NCBI GenBank assembly: GCA_002269645.1
Contig: NIVC01000359.1
Coordinates: 186,001 to 250,000, forward strand
Length of the DNA: 64,000 bases
Direction: 5' to 3'
From: Macrostomum lignano
Taxonomy: Eukaryota
The position numbers and the translations under genes were made by a program. The notes under the pieces were generated by a model. It was not told the origin of the DNA. It saw only the letters and a program-made list of their open reading frames with translations, and searched no databases. This document shows positions 13,990-26,436 of this stretch, piece after piece (the first letter of the stretch is position 1; every line of letters begins with the position of its first letter).

Positions 13990-14821
13990 ACATTGAAGTG
14001 GAAACGTTTCAATCAATAGTTCGGAGTGCATCAGACACTAAACAAATTCGTTTTGTTCTTTTTCTTTGTTAACCACATTTTGATTTAAACGAGTAATAAA
14101 CAAAACAAACAAAGAAATTTGGCTTCTTTTTTATCGAAGCAGTTTGTTTTGTTCAGTTAGGCGTTAATTGAATCATCTTCCAGTTTGTTGGACCTCTATG
14201 CTGTTGGACTTTATTTACGGATAAGATGTGCTTTTTCTATCAGTGTCGGTTTATATCGTTATTCTGTGCGTTGGCCTTGTTTGCCGAACATTAGAATTTT
14301 TCACAATTCAGTCTTAATAGCAGCTTCTAGTAATATTATATCTATAATTGTTTACAAGAAGTTTAGAATAGTCTGTTTATTGTTTGCATTTGTCTTTAAT
14401 AGTTGCATTATCAGTTCCCCTTTCCTTTTTCACTCCCCAAACCTCTGTTTTTTCGTTTCTACATCGATGTTACTTTGTTTTTTGTCAGCTTTTCTGCGGA
14501 AAAAATACAAGCCGTTTTGAATTTACATCTTTTAGTGAAAATTTTTTGAGCTTTTTGCTATTGTCTTGTCTTTTGCTTTTTTGTTCGCTTCCACTGTTGC
14601 GACCAAAAGTCTAATATTAGAGTGCAGTGCAGTAGTATTTGTCAGGCCAGCCAGCGCCCATAAACCAAAAACAAAATATTTTTTTTATATTTTCTAATTT
14701 TAATCGGGGGATTGAAAATATTTAGCTTGATGGTTATTGAGCTCGTAAAATTGAACCGAAATCCAGTTTGCACTGAGCCGCTATAGAAATTACCACAGGA
14801 CACGATTCCTGTTAAATCTTG

Positions 14822-15885
14822 GTTGTCCAGGACGTCTTGTCGCCTGTTAAATATTGGTGTCCATGACATCTTGTCGCCTGTTAAATATTAGTGTCCATGA
14901 CATCTTGTCGCCTGTTAAATATGGGGTCCAGGACATCTTGTCGCCTGTTAATCTTGGTGTCCAAGAAATCTTGTCGCCTGTTAAATATTAGTGTCCAAAA
15001 CATCTTGTCGCCTGTTTAATATTGGTGTCCAAAACATCTTGTCGCCTGTTAAATATTGGTGTCCAGGACATCTTCTCGCCTGTTAATCTTGGTGTCAAGG
15101 ACATCTTGTCGCATGTTAATCTTGGTGTCCAAGACATCTTGTCGCCTGTTAATCTTTATATCCAAGACATCTTGTCGCCTGTTAGTCTTGGTGTCAAGGA
15201 CATCTTGTCGCCTGTTAAATATTGGTGTCCAGGACATCTTGTCGCCTGTTAATCTTGGTGTCAAGGACATCTTGTCGCATGTTAATCTTGGTGTCCAGGA
15301 CATCTTGTCGCCTGTTAATCTTGGTGTCAAGGAAATCTTGTCGCATGTTTATCTTGGTGTCCAAGACATCTTGTCGCCTGTTAATCTTGGTGTCCAAGAC
15401 ATCTTGTCGCCTGTTAATCTTGGTGTCCAAGACATCTTGTCGCCTGTTAGTCTTGGTGTCCAAGAAATCTTGTCGCCTCTTAAATATTGGTGTCCAAGAC
15501 ATCTTGTCGCCTGTTTAATATTGGTGTCCAAAACATCTTGTCGCCTGTTAAATATTGCTGTCCAGGGCATCTTGTCGCCTGTTAAATATTGGTGTCCAAG
15601 ACATCTTGTCGCCTCTTAATCTTGGTGTCAAGGACATCTTGTCGCATGTTAATCTTGGTGTCCAGGACATCTTGTCGCCTGTTAATATTGGTGTCAAGGA
15701 CATCTTGTCGCATGTTAATCTTGGTGTCCAGGACATCTTGTCGCCTGTTAATCTTGGTGTCAAGGACATCTTGTCGCATGTTAATCTTGGTGTCCAGGAC
15801 ATCTTGTCGCCTGTTAATCTTGGTGTCAAGGACATCTTGTCGCATGTTAATCTCGGTGTCCATGACATCTTGTCGCCTGTTAAAC
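14822..15885. repeat. 29/30-bp satellite array (~35 copies)
   Basis: Unit gtgtccaagacatcttgtcgcctgttaatcttg or ...aaatattg; a second short array of the same family lies at 17053-17218. Confidence 0.95.
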
Positions 15886-16725
15886 CTTGGTGTTCAGTAT
15901 AGGATTTCTAACCTACATAGATGCGGTGTAGTTTTTTATGCCCCCTAATGTAGCTACGCAGTGCGCGCTCGTGTGGCATTTTGCATCAGGCCAGACCAGC
16001 GCTTCTCTCTCCCCTCATGACCGCTCTGCCGCCATGGCCAACGGCCCCTCCTGCACTATAAATATACACGATCTTGTAGCCCAAAGAGGCACTGCTGGTT
16101 TTAGATCTAGAATGTGACGTCAGATAAAAGCATCTCCGGTGTTGTTTGTTCCTCCGCTGTCTGAAGGCAGAAGATAACCGGTGTTATGAACATCACAAAG
16201 CATCGCGTTATACTCGTATTCAGGTCATTTGTAAAGCTACGTTTTGGCATTTCCGAAGCCAGGTTCCACTGCGGGGCGGGCTGTTGTTACTCGGCAATAT
16301 GCTGCGAGCATAAAAGTTTATAGTCCTAATATTTAAAGGCCTAATATTGTAAGTCGCAACACCTGTGCATACGAGCTATCAGTCAGTAACACAATCGAAA
16401 TATAAATCGATGAGCTTGCGGGGTAAAATGGCAAAACTTTGACCTCTTCAATTTAGCTTGTTGCACGTGTTTCTGACTGCTAGCAAGTCTGCTTCTGCTT
16501 TGAGCTACGGTCTACTGTTTGGTAAAAAGACATTTTATAGCTAGCTCGTATTTTGATAAACTTCCATGCACGATAATTATAAAAAAGCGTTTACTTTTTA
16601 ATTATAAACTGGAACCTATGCAACAGAATAAAGTTTGAAATGTCAATGCTAGTGATATAATATCCTTAATTTATAGCATGACTTTTCTACTGACTCAAAT
16701 TTCAGCTTCAGGCTCATCGCTAGGA

Positions 16726-19700
16726 ATGAATTCTACTGAGCCATATCCTCTGCGCCTGGCCTTGACCGCGGCGCAGGCGCATGTACTGGCAATGCGGGCG
16801 TCAAATTTCAACAGTGGTAGCGCAGAGATTCGCGCCAAATTTCTCATTATTCACGATCAGTTGCAAGAATCTGATTCAGCGAATCCTGCCAAATTCGTGT
16901 GTAACGCTGCACCGTTCATGTTTGTGTGAAATAAGTCGACCTAATGTGATATTTTTGTCATACTGATCGTAACATCTGTTAGTTGTGTTTGGAACGCTCT
17001 TTGGGACAGTGAATATTCATCCGAAAATCCTTTCTGTCGTACAATAAATTTTAGTGTCCAGGATATCTTGTCGCCTGTTAAATATTGGTGTCCATGACAT
17101 CTTGTCGCCTGTTAAATATTGGTGTCCATGACATCTTGTCGCCTGTTAAATATTGGTGTCCATGACATCTTGTCGCCTGTCAAATATTGGTGTCCATGAC
17201 ATCTTGTCGCCTGTTAAACCTTGGTGTTCAGTATAGGATTTCTAACCTACATAGATGCGGTGTAGTTTTTTATGCCCCACTGTAGCTACGCAGTGCGCGC
17301 TCGTGTGACATTTTGCATCAGGCCAGGCCAGCGTTTCTCTCCCCTCATGACCGCTCAAAAAATGTTGATTTTTTAATTTAGTTTTTTTCGGGTTCCTGTG
17401 GATATGAAAGCAAGCACAGACAGTCTTCCCATAAATGACTCACTTTGTCTCACTTGTCTCTACGCAGATTCTCCAGCTGTTCGGCGACACTGAGACCTGC
17501 TCGGCTGCTTGCAGGCGCCTGTTGAAAAACATGTGCAGCGGTAACTCCGACAGGTGTGCTAAAATATTATTATTTTTTCTTCATACTTTCTAGAACAAAG
17601 TTTGCATTGCTATGCCATAATTCTCTAACAAGTGCCTCTATTCCCCACTCCAGGCCGTCCACTCTGCGCATGCTGCTCGACCCGGCACACGTCGGCAAAA
17701 TTGTCGGTCGCGGCGGCGTCACGATCAAGAATATCCAATTCGAGAGCCACGCCAAAGTGTTTATTTTTGAGTGAGTAAATGTGGAGTTTCTTAGTTCAAA
17801 ATCGAATCGATTCTGCCCGATCGTCAGACATGTACACCCCCACGGCCAGTTTTTTGTTCGCGATCCTCAAATGAATGCGGCCGCTCAGGGGAATCGAACC
17901 AGGTGTTGTGGCGCGAGTCAGACGCGTTTACCGCTGAGCAGTGCGATCTTTGATGTCCATTTTCATTGTGTTAAAGTTGAAGGCATCGACACAGGTCCTA
18001 CAGTCGAAACAGACTCGAGCACTTGACGTTCCGACATCTCGAAGAGGCCTAAAAAGGCGCTGCTTTGAACCCCAGAATAACCAGATCATTCTTGGCCGTG
18101 TGCTACCCAGCCACAGACGCAGGGAAATGAAACCCCCCCCCAAGCGGTCGTCGTGCTCAATTCGCCATGCGACCCATACCGTCGCGGACATTCGCGCATT
18201 GAGACGTTTCTAACAAAGAATAAAGACCTTTGCTGGTAGTGACCTTCAGGCTATTCACCTCACCCCGCTTGAGGCCACTCCCTGTCCCTCTGAACTTTTT
18301 CGCGAGCGTGTGAGCACTAAGGGTCTTTGACTCGTCAGCGTCTTTGTATCTATCCAATAACCAGTTGTGTCACTCGCAAAGAATGCGCTCATCTACTCTT
18401 TTCAGTACCAAAATTAGCGTTTTTTGTTCGTGTAGAAAAATGAAAAAAACTAGTACAATTTTCTAGACATTTTTAAAGTTTTTGAAGCTTCAACAATCGC
18501 CTGTGGCTGTCTACAAGCTGCATGTTTCACGGACTACAGACTGCCTGAATTTAGGAGCGAAGATTGCGGGAAAACTTTCTCATATGCTCCTTTCTTCCTT
18601 TCTTATTTCTTTGATTCATAGATGGGAGAGGTTTCTGCGGGTCGTGGTTCGCTTTCAAAATCTCGGCTTGGCATGCAAATGATATTTCAGCACTCCTCTG
18701 GCACTGATGACCGAATGCAGCCAGTCTGTGGCTTTCACATTGGCCAAAGTGGCTCTGGTTCGCGGCTCACTTACGGCCGTAGCCTCGGCTATTGAGCAGC
18801 TGCTGGCGCTGTCTCGCAGTTTGTACCTGGCCAATCCGCCAATCTCGCTAGTGCCAAAGCGGCTATGGCTGAGACTCCAGCAGCTCGGACACTGGTTGGA
18901 TAATCCCGAACAGTTTGTAGACGCGTTTCTAGCTGCGCGCTCCATCAATCGCAAGGCTCAGAGGCTGGCTGGCCGGCTATTCTATGGGAAGAGCGGGCGC
19001 TTCAACGACAGCTGGAATAGCGGCTTGGCTGAGACTTTGAATGCCGCTGAGGTTGCTGCTGCTTCCAAAGAATCTTTGGGTAAGGCCAAGTACGGGTGTT
19101 AAATAGTAAAATAGAATCTTAGACAGTAAGCTCACCAGGTAAGTACCTTACCTGGCGTTTTTTTTAGTGCTTTATCTGGTGTTTTTAGTGCTTCATCTGG
19201 CGTTCTAGTGCCTCACTTGGCGTTTAGTGTCACACCTGGCGTTTATTGCCTACTTTTGGTGTCTCACGTGACTTTATTACCTACTTATGGTTCCTGCATG
19301 CATCTTACTCCGTACCTCACATCCTTAAGGGTTCCCCAGTGCCGAAGAATATCTACCGAATTCTCCCGCACTGCCAAAGCCTCCATCGCTGGATTTCAGT
19401 CCGGGAGCTGCACTGCCTGGTCCACCTGACCTGCTTGTATTCGCCAGTGGGTGTCGAGCTAATAAAATCGGCTTTCAAAGCCGGCAAAGCCGCCGCTGCC
19501 GCTGTCGGACACGAGCTGACCGTCCGTGTGGTCGGGTCGCCGGAGTACCGCCTGATTCTGAAGCCGGCAGCCTCCGCCAGTGCCGCCTCTCCAACCGTTC
19601 CAAGCGAAGCCGCAATGTCCGCCGTCTTAACCGAAATTCAATCATGGATCGCTTCGGCTGGCCAAGCTGACGGCTGCGAATTCCGCGTCCTCGACCGTGG

Positions 19701-19983
19701 GCCGACGGACTCGAAGATCCACCGTCAGCAGCTGCTGGCTCTGCTGCCGCGAAGTCGGAGGCGGGACTCCAGCGTCGACAGCGAATCGGACGGCGATAAA
19801 GAAAACGACAGCAAGGAAGAAGAGGGACCCGTCTGCGAGAAGCAGCCTACTTGGAAGCCAAGCGTCAAAGGTGCGCTGGGCCGCGACAGCTGGCATTTCG
19901 CTTTCGGCGTCACCTTTTTCAAGAATGCCGGCTCTTCCATTGCCCGCTGTCTGAGTCGCAGCTTAGACGACTGCTATTGCTAG
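16726..19983 (+). CDS. KH-domain protein with an eIF2-alpha-like (domain II/III) C-terminal half, ~468 aa, 5 exons
   Basis: Exons 16726-16896, 17468-17553, 17654-17770, 18691-19079, 19340-19983; GT-AG with matching phases (0,2,2,1), total 1407 nt. Canonical KH: LRMLLDPAHVGKIVGRGGVTIKNIQFESHAKVFI. The first KH is degenerate (no GxxG) and the exon 1 donor (GTGTGT) is the least certain. C-terminal LTCLYSPVGVELIKSAFKAG...VRVVGSPEYRL resembles eIF2-alpha domain III. Confidence 0.75.
17053..17356. repeat. Dispersed copy of the satellite tail plus ~140-bp unique module, also present at ~15740-16027
   Basis: Near-identical aaaccttggtgttcagtataggatttctaacc...cccctcatgaccgctc follows the 29/30-bp repeats in both places. 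Confidence 0.85.
17880..17948 (-). mobile_element. tRNA-like head (probable tRNA-derived SINE or tRNA pseudogene) in intron 3 of the KH gene
   Basis: Minus strand gcactgctcagcggtaaacgcg...ctggttcgattcccc carries A-box-like and B-box (GGTTCGATTCC) motifs; acceptor and anticodon stems are degenerate. Confidence 0.5.
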
Positions 19984-21977
19984 AGCAGGTGTGCTCTGGG
20001 CTACTTGCATAGCTGCAATGATTCCAGAGACAATACAGTAGTTGTGAATGGTTGTTACAGTTGCAACCAGTTTGAACTCATCAGCAGCATTATAAACTGT
20101 CAGCTTCACCTTGAACCAAGGGCTCAAGGTCTCTCCCAGCTCGTTTCTCTCCTCTCCTCTTAGGCTCCTCTCGTCGATCCTCGCCTTTCCTCTCCTCTCT
20201 ATTCCCTCTCCTTTCCTCTCTCATCTGGCCGCCCCCAAGCCATGAGCTGGATTCTTCGTCTGGCCCTTGAGATAAAAAAGTTTGCCGACTCTTGCTTTAG
20301 AACAAAAATTTGTTTGTTTAGTTGGCTGCAGCAGTCACCCTGTGGTGGTGGTGGTTTTCTCTGCAATCCTTTGTCAGACTCGTGTACCAGATATTTAAAA
20401 GGTTTTTTTATTTTTTCAAGTTTCATTCGAAAATTGACTGGTGATTCTTAAATGTGCGTTAAAAAATCAATCGATTTGGTTTGAGGTGCTACAAATAAAG
20501 CTTTTATGATTGACATCGGACTTGTATTTCCAATCGCAGAAACCAATCGGAATGTGCAGGTCGAATAGGCTCTGGTGCTGATAAACCGCCAGCACAAAGC
20601 CTATTATAATTGATATCGCCTCTGAAAGCTACAGTACCTACATGTACTAGATCAACTGCTAGCCAAAAACAACAAAATTAAGCGCAGTCAGTTATTAAAA
20701 AAACATAAGCATCATGCCACAGTGCGGCTAAAGAAGGCCGTCCTAGCGACTGAATCTGGGCGTTGGATGGTAACCGTCAGCAAGCTTATAGGAACTCGCT
20801 GGGGACTCGCGAACAACTTCCAACAATGCTCGAGCAATAGAACTTTCAACTAATCGGCCCCATTTACATGTATGGTGTGGTTCTATTTTGAGGCGATGTC
20901 ATTTCTATAAAAGTACATTTACATGAACTGAATCTGTCCTACATGTAGTGTCCCTAGTGTAGTATTAATTACACAAGTGTAATTTAATTAGCAAACAGAA
21001 TCGCTGTTACTACCGTTTATATTCTACCTACATGTGCATGTACACGCTCCCCCGCCGTTGGGCATAGCCGCTAAGCCGGGACTTCACCTGTGGATACGCA
21101 CAGGCTTGCAGCTTTTCTTTAATAATTATTGCGCAACCTTGCAAAAACTACAATAGATTGGCCTCAGATTCTTTGCTTACTACCTTTCAGTAGGTGATCT
21201 CTTGCTATAACTGGCCAACAAAACCAGTAAACCAATGGAAAAATAATAAGCAGTCCAGTGCGTGATTTTCGATTACATAAAGGTTCGACATGACCGCAAA
21301 TTAATAGGCGTATTGCATTCCAATTACTCGTATATTAACATTAATTAGCATCAGAGTATGAGTTCATTATTTCTTAATGACTATAAAATTAGTACACACC
21401 AACACCGATAAAGTATGAAAGGAAGCAGGCTCTGTTCGATGGTGTACGTTAGTATTGGTACGATAAGCTACTGAGAGTACTATATTACACGTACTTTAGG
21501 AAACCTATCACTAAGGTATTTAATGACAACAAGCAGAGGCGGGTTGATTAAAAAGGTGACGCAAAATTGCATGCCCCAATTTTTTACTTTTGCTACTCTT
21601 AGTAGTCTGACTCGGACTTTCTATTGACGAATAAATTAGCAGAAATTTAAAACAAATACAGTTAGCTCTGACTTGGATTGTTGTAACTAAATAACAAAGC
21701 TAAAAAAACACAAACAGCAACTAAAAACCAACAAAACTAAAAATCAAAAAACAAACCGAACATTAAAATTCAAGCACAGCTTTAAATTACATATTGTACT
21801 GTAAACTACCATAATAATTCCATAAAGAAAACTAACTCTGCGAAAACGAGTAGCATGCGATACATTAATGATAAGAGTGCCATTCCGATAGTCTTTAGTC
21901 AGTTAAAATATTATCTGCGATGTGTAACATAGGACTTCATCGTTAATCAATAAATCCATTTCATTTATTTTTACGCT

Positions 21978-22110
21978 AATCTAACTAAATCATTTTTGCG
22001 CAAATCTAACTAAATCATTTTGGCGCCAATCTAACTAAATCCTTGTGGCGCCAATCTAACTAAATCATTTTGACGCCAATCTAACTAAATCCTTGTGGCG
22101 CCAATCTAAC
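21978..22110. repeat. ~26-bp tandem repeat
   Basis: Unit aatctaactaaatcattttggcgcc, about 5 copies. Confidence 0.85.
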
Positions 22111-22245
22111 TATTCATTGCTAGGCGCCCAAAAATACAAATCTATTTTAGCACTATATATTACAAATTCATTTTCGTGCGGAACCTGCTGTTATGGCGCC
22201 AGAGAAGCCCTAACACACACACATCGGCTCCAACCCAGCCAGACC

Positions 22246-23551
22246 CTATCTAGCGCTGTTAAAGCTCTCGAGCGAGGACATCATCAGGACGGCGCGCTCC
22301 CGGCGCGCTCTCAGCACGGCTAGGTGGGCGGTCAGGCTGCCAGCGGGGGGGCGGTACGGTCGATTCGGCCATCGCCGAACGCAGACACAGCGCGCGGTGC
22401 CGCCGCCGCTGGTGCTGCCATTTTCAGCCTCCTCAGAGGCCGACTGGAGGCCCAGATAGCCTGCGGCGCTGTGCACCACGAGACGGTCGCACGGCGCCAA
22501 AGGGCCGCTCACCCAGTCCGCCCAGGGCGCGCAGCCGTCCTTTGTTGAAAATTAAAAATTGGAATCAAATAAAGGTAAAATTTATGCGACGGAAAATAAA
22601 GTACAGTAAGTACTGCCACCTGTCAATCAGTACCTCTCACTGCCACCTGTCAATCAGTACCTCTCACTGCCACCTGTCAATCAGTACCTCTCACTGCCAC
22701 CTGTCAATCAGTACCTCTCACTGCCACCTATCAGTGTCTCCCACTGCCACCTGTCAATCAGTACCCATCACTGCCCACCTGTCAATCAGTAGCCATGGAT
22801 ACTCGGAGCCATGGAACTCCCGGCTCACCTGGAACAGGTCCCGCAGCTCGGTCTCCAGCCTGCCAAGTTCGGCATGGAAGCGGCTACCCGGTGTTGCTCG
22901 GTGCAGCGCAAAGTCCCGGCAGGTGGCGCTCAGGCGGCTCCAGGCCTGGCCGGCGGTGGCCACCCCGCCGGCCGGCTGCACCAGCACCGCCTTCAGCTCG
23001 GTGTCCTCCGCCAGCTGCTCCTCCTCCTCGTCCTTGTCGCCGCCGGCTTTGGCCAGAAAGTCGGCCTGCTGTTCGTCCGTTAATTCGTTGAACTGGCGCC
23101 AGGCCAGCATCTGGGCGGGGTCCAGGAACAGGCTGGACAGAGGCGACTCTGGCCACGGACAGCCGGACACGTCTTCGTCCGTGACCTCGGCCACGGCCGC
23201 CAGGCTGTGCAGGTAGGCCTCGTTCACCTGGCGGCGCTTCCAGCGCTTGCCGGGCCTGCCGTAGACGCTGCCACCTCCGCCACCGCCTTGGTGCTGCTGG
23301 TGCTGCTGTTGTTGCCTTGGCAACGGTCGCCTAGGACGCAGCCGACGCATAGCGGCCAATCCGAGTGGCCTTGGCGGGTCGAGTGTCGAATTCGACGAAA
23401 CCGACATGCGATCGTCGGCGTCGGTTATAGACGAGGCCAGACTGGCGGACGACCTGCGGCAGCGGCGGCGGCGGCAGCGGCGAGAGGAGATGGCGGGCAG
23501 GTGGGGAGGCAGAAGGGGATTAGCCGATGCTTCTTTTGCTGGCTGGATCAC
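22246..23551 (-). CDS. R3HDM4: R3H domain-containing protein 4-like (R3H-associated N-terminal domain plus R3H), 2 exons; start codon unresolved
   Basis: Exons ~23551-22829 and 22539-22246 (CAG|GTGAGC donor, AAAG acceptor, phase 0). GKRWKRRQVNEAYLHSL, AWRQFNELTDEQQADFL, RLETELRDLF and CDRLVVHSAAGYLGLQSAS match remembered R3HDM4 motifs. Confidence 0.78.
22612..22790. repeat. 27-bp intronic minisatellite (R3H gene intron)
   Basis: Unit ctgccacctgtcaatcagtacctctca, about 6 copies. Confidence 0.92.
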
Positions 23552-25422
23552 TCAGTCATGCTGTGCCAGGCTGTTCTCTAAGCCAGCTAGTCACGTGACT
23601 AATGCTCAGCCTAATAGCAAATACTGACTGTTCGCTTGATTAATTTCAATTCACACCAAATCGGAGGCTTTAAAACAATAGTTATATAACTTAATTATAA
23701 ATTTTCCTCATAAAGTCTTAAAAGCAAAGCATTCAGTATGGAATGCTATAAATTCTGTTTAACAGTGCCCCAATTTTGGTTGTTTTTAGTTTTGGAACAA
23801 TTCTAGAGAATATCAATTAAGCTTTGCTCTTGTATTAATCTGAGACTAAAATATAGTCAAGCATGACTGAGGGCAGCTATGCAAAATGCAAATGATTAGA
23901 TTTGCAAATTAATGAAGCAGACGCTAATTGTATCAATTTTCATTTATCTGCCTTAGTTGGGAAAAGGCATTGTTGGAGACTGTTTAGCTTGGAGTCTTTC
24001 TTTTCTATATATTAGAAAAAAGGTACACATCAAAAATATTTATTAAAATATTATTAAAACTGATAAGAAAAAAATGATTACATAAAAGGCTATGCTAATA
24101 CTAGTGATAGATAATATTAAAAGGTATATAAAAGTAAAAGTACTCTGAAAGAAAAGTCTTTACCAAGAATAATATTATATTTTAGGCTTTTATTGTCAAT
24201 TTAGTTGAATTTTATATAACTTTCTTAAACTTTTCTACAATAGTAGCATTTATAGTATAATAATTAAATTATTTCATTATAACAAAATAATAATGACTGC
24301 CACCTATTTCATTATAATGAATTAACATACTTTTTTCAATCTAGAGATTTAGATTATAAAATTTCAATATAATAAAAGTACATAAAAGTTCTAAGGTAAC
24401 AAGTTGTCAAAGTATATATAAGCATATATAACACAGGCCTAGGATTTTAAAATCTTAAGAAAAATAGGCAATAAGCACATTTGCCTATTTAACATAAAAC
24501 AAAACTTTTTAGTTTCTTATACCAAAAATTTTGGCATTCTTCTCAAATCATTCCTTAAACAACTTTTAATATTTTATGCATTTTCTCCTCTTGAAAAGCT
24601 GATTTTAGCATGTTTGGACATCCCAAAGCTATTAAACCAATAAAATTAACAACTTTGTTTTTTAGTACTTTTTCCATCTTTAGCAATTCCTAATGATTCT
24701 TAACAATTCAAAAATCAAAGTTTTTTATTTTGGATTGGTGTGAATTGGTACAATAAATGATAGTGCTGCAGGATAGCCTCTTGGCATGCTGCTGATAGAC
24801 TTAATGGTTAATGGTCCTAGCAAGAACTTAGCAGCAAGAACATAAGTCTGAGTGCTCATACTTCCCTTCAATCTAACCAACTCATCCCTTTGGGCCATAG
24901 ACACTCTTAAGCATCAGTGCCATATTAGACAACATGTATCATATTTTCCATTCTCCAAATATTTGTACTTTTTGTTTTGCAATTCAGTCTTGTACTTGTC
25001 TACTATGCTCTTCCCCACAGACAATTCCAACCATTAATTGGGACATTAGATTGTAGTGACCTTCGCGAACTTTCTTTAGTGTATGAATAATAGAAATTTC
25101 CCGATATGGTAATATTAAATATTCTACGCTTTTCCTGAAATTTCCATCATGTTCACAATATTATTTCTACACCGTCTATGCATAATTAGTTATTAATTTA
25201 CATGAATTCTTGTACTGTAACACTTAGTCACTATTTGAGCAATATGTACATACAACTTAGTTTTGTTATAACGATGCACGTTTTTCCAGAACTTTCCGGA
25301 AACCCCAATTTCATCTATAAATACACGAAACCAGAAATGCAATAATTTTAAGTTCTTTTCAATCACTCGATTGACTCAAATAAACAGAGCATTCAACTGC
25401 TAAAGTCTTTACAACTGGTCCG

Positions 25423-26436
25423 GTGAGGCGGATCAACGCAAATACATCGAACCTACTGCCTCCTCCACCGACGGAGCAACCTCCATTACCAGTCATCAGC
25501 CAGCCCAGCGGTGTTGCTTCACCACCGTCGATAAGCCCGCCTAGCACCACCGCCGCGGCACCGTCGATTAGCCAGCCCAGCGTCCTTTTCTCGCCGGCTG
25601 CGATGCCGCCTTACCAGCAGGCTGTGGCTGCCGTCAGCGTCAAAGCCCCGCCGTTCTATTGCAACAACCCAGACGCTTGGTTCCAGATGCTGGAATCTCA
25701 GTTTAAGTTAGCCCTCATCACATCCGAGGAAACAAAGTACCATCACCTCGTGTCCAACCTGCCAGAAGACGTCGCATCTGTTCTCCTGTCGTCTGAGACT
25801 CCTGCCAACTACACTCTACTGAAGACCAGCATCTGCAACATGATGCAGAAGAGTAAGCAGGAGAAGATTAACGAACTTCTGGCGACATCGGACCTCGGCG
25901 GCGACAAGCCCTCGATTTTTCTACAACGCCTCACAGCCAAGATGTCGCAATGCGGGATACAACCAGCCAGCTGCCCGGACATGGTCAAAGCCACGCTGTT
26001 GCGCTGCCTACCGAGCGAATTCCGCCTGGCCTTGTCTGAATTCCAGGAACAGACTCCAGCACAGCTTGCCTCCATCGCCGACTCGATGTTCGCCGTCCAG
26101 AATTCATTCGGTCGGGTCAACGCAGCGCAACCAGAGCTCATTGCGGCTGTACCAGCAAAACCAACTGGTGACTTCAACAAGGCTCGGAAAACTAGAAGCA
26201 ATGGGATGAAGCCGTTCAAAGCAGGTCAACGCCTCGTCATCTGCCGCGCTCATATCTTCTACGGCCAACAAGTGCGTACCTGCCGCCACTGGTGCCAGTT
26301 TCCAAAGGCACCCAGTCACTTCCCGCGCGTCTTTATGAACAACGAGGCGACGCCAGCGCAATCGCGATCATCCTCACCAACGCGAAACAGCCCAACTCTG
26401 GGAAACTGGGCGACGCTGCCCAACACGCCGCAGTGA
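25423..26436 (+). CDS. gag: Gypsy gag with CHCC motif
   Basis: VKAPPFYCNNPDAWFQMLESQF; CRAHIFYGQQVRTCRHWC (C-x2-H-x9-C-x3-C, typical of the CsRn1 clade). The track start is GTG, so the true start may be a downstream ATG. Confidence 0.85.
   Translation: MRRINANTSNLLPPPPTEQPPLPVISQPSGVASPPSISPPSTTAAAPSISQPSVLFSPAAMPPYQQAVAAVSVKAPPFYCNNPDAWFQMLESQFKLALITSEETKYHHLVSNLPEDVASVLLSSETPANYTLLKTSICNMMQKSKQEKINELLATSDLGGDKPSIFLQRLTAKMSQCGIQPASCPDMVKATLLRCLPSEFRLALSEFQEQTPAQLASIADSMFAVQNSFGRVNAAQPELIAAVPAKPTGDFNKARKTRSNGMKPFKAGQRLVICRAHIFYGQQVRTCRHWCQFPKAPSHFPRVFMNNEATPAQSRSSSPTRNSPTLGNWATLPNTPQ

Noticed and set aside
14822-15948. Many overlapping ORFs; superficially CRISPR-like ~30-bp repeats
   Set aside because: Head-to-tail satellite with no unique spacers, no cas genes and a eukaryotic context.
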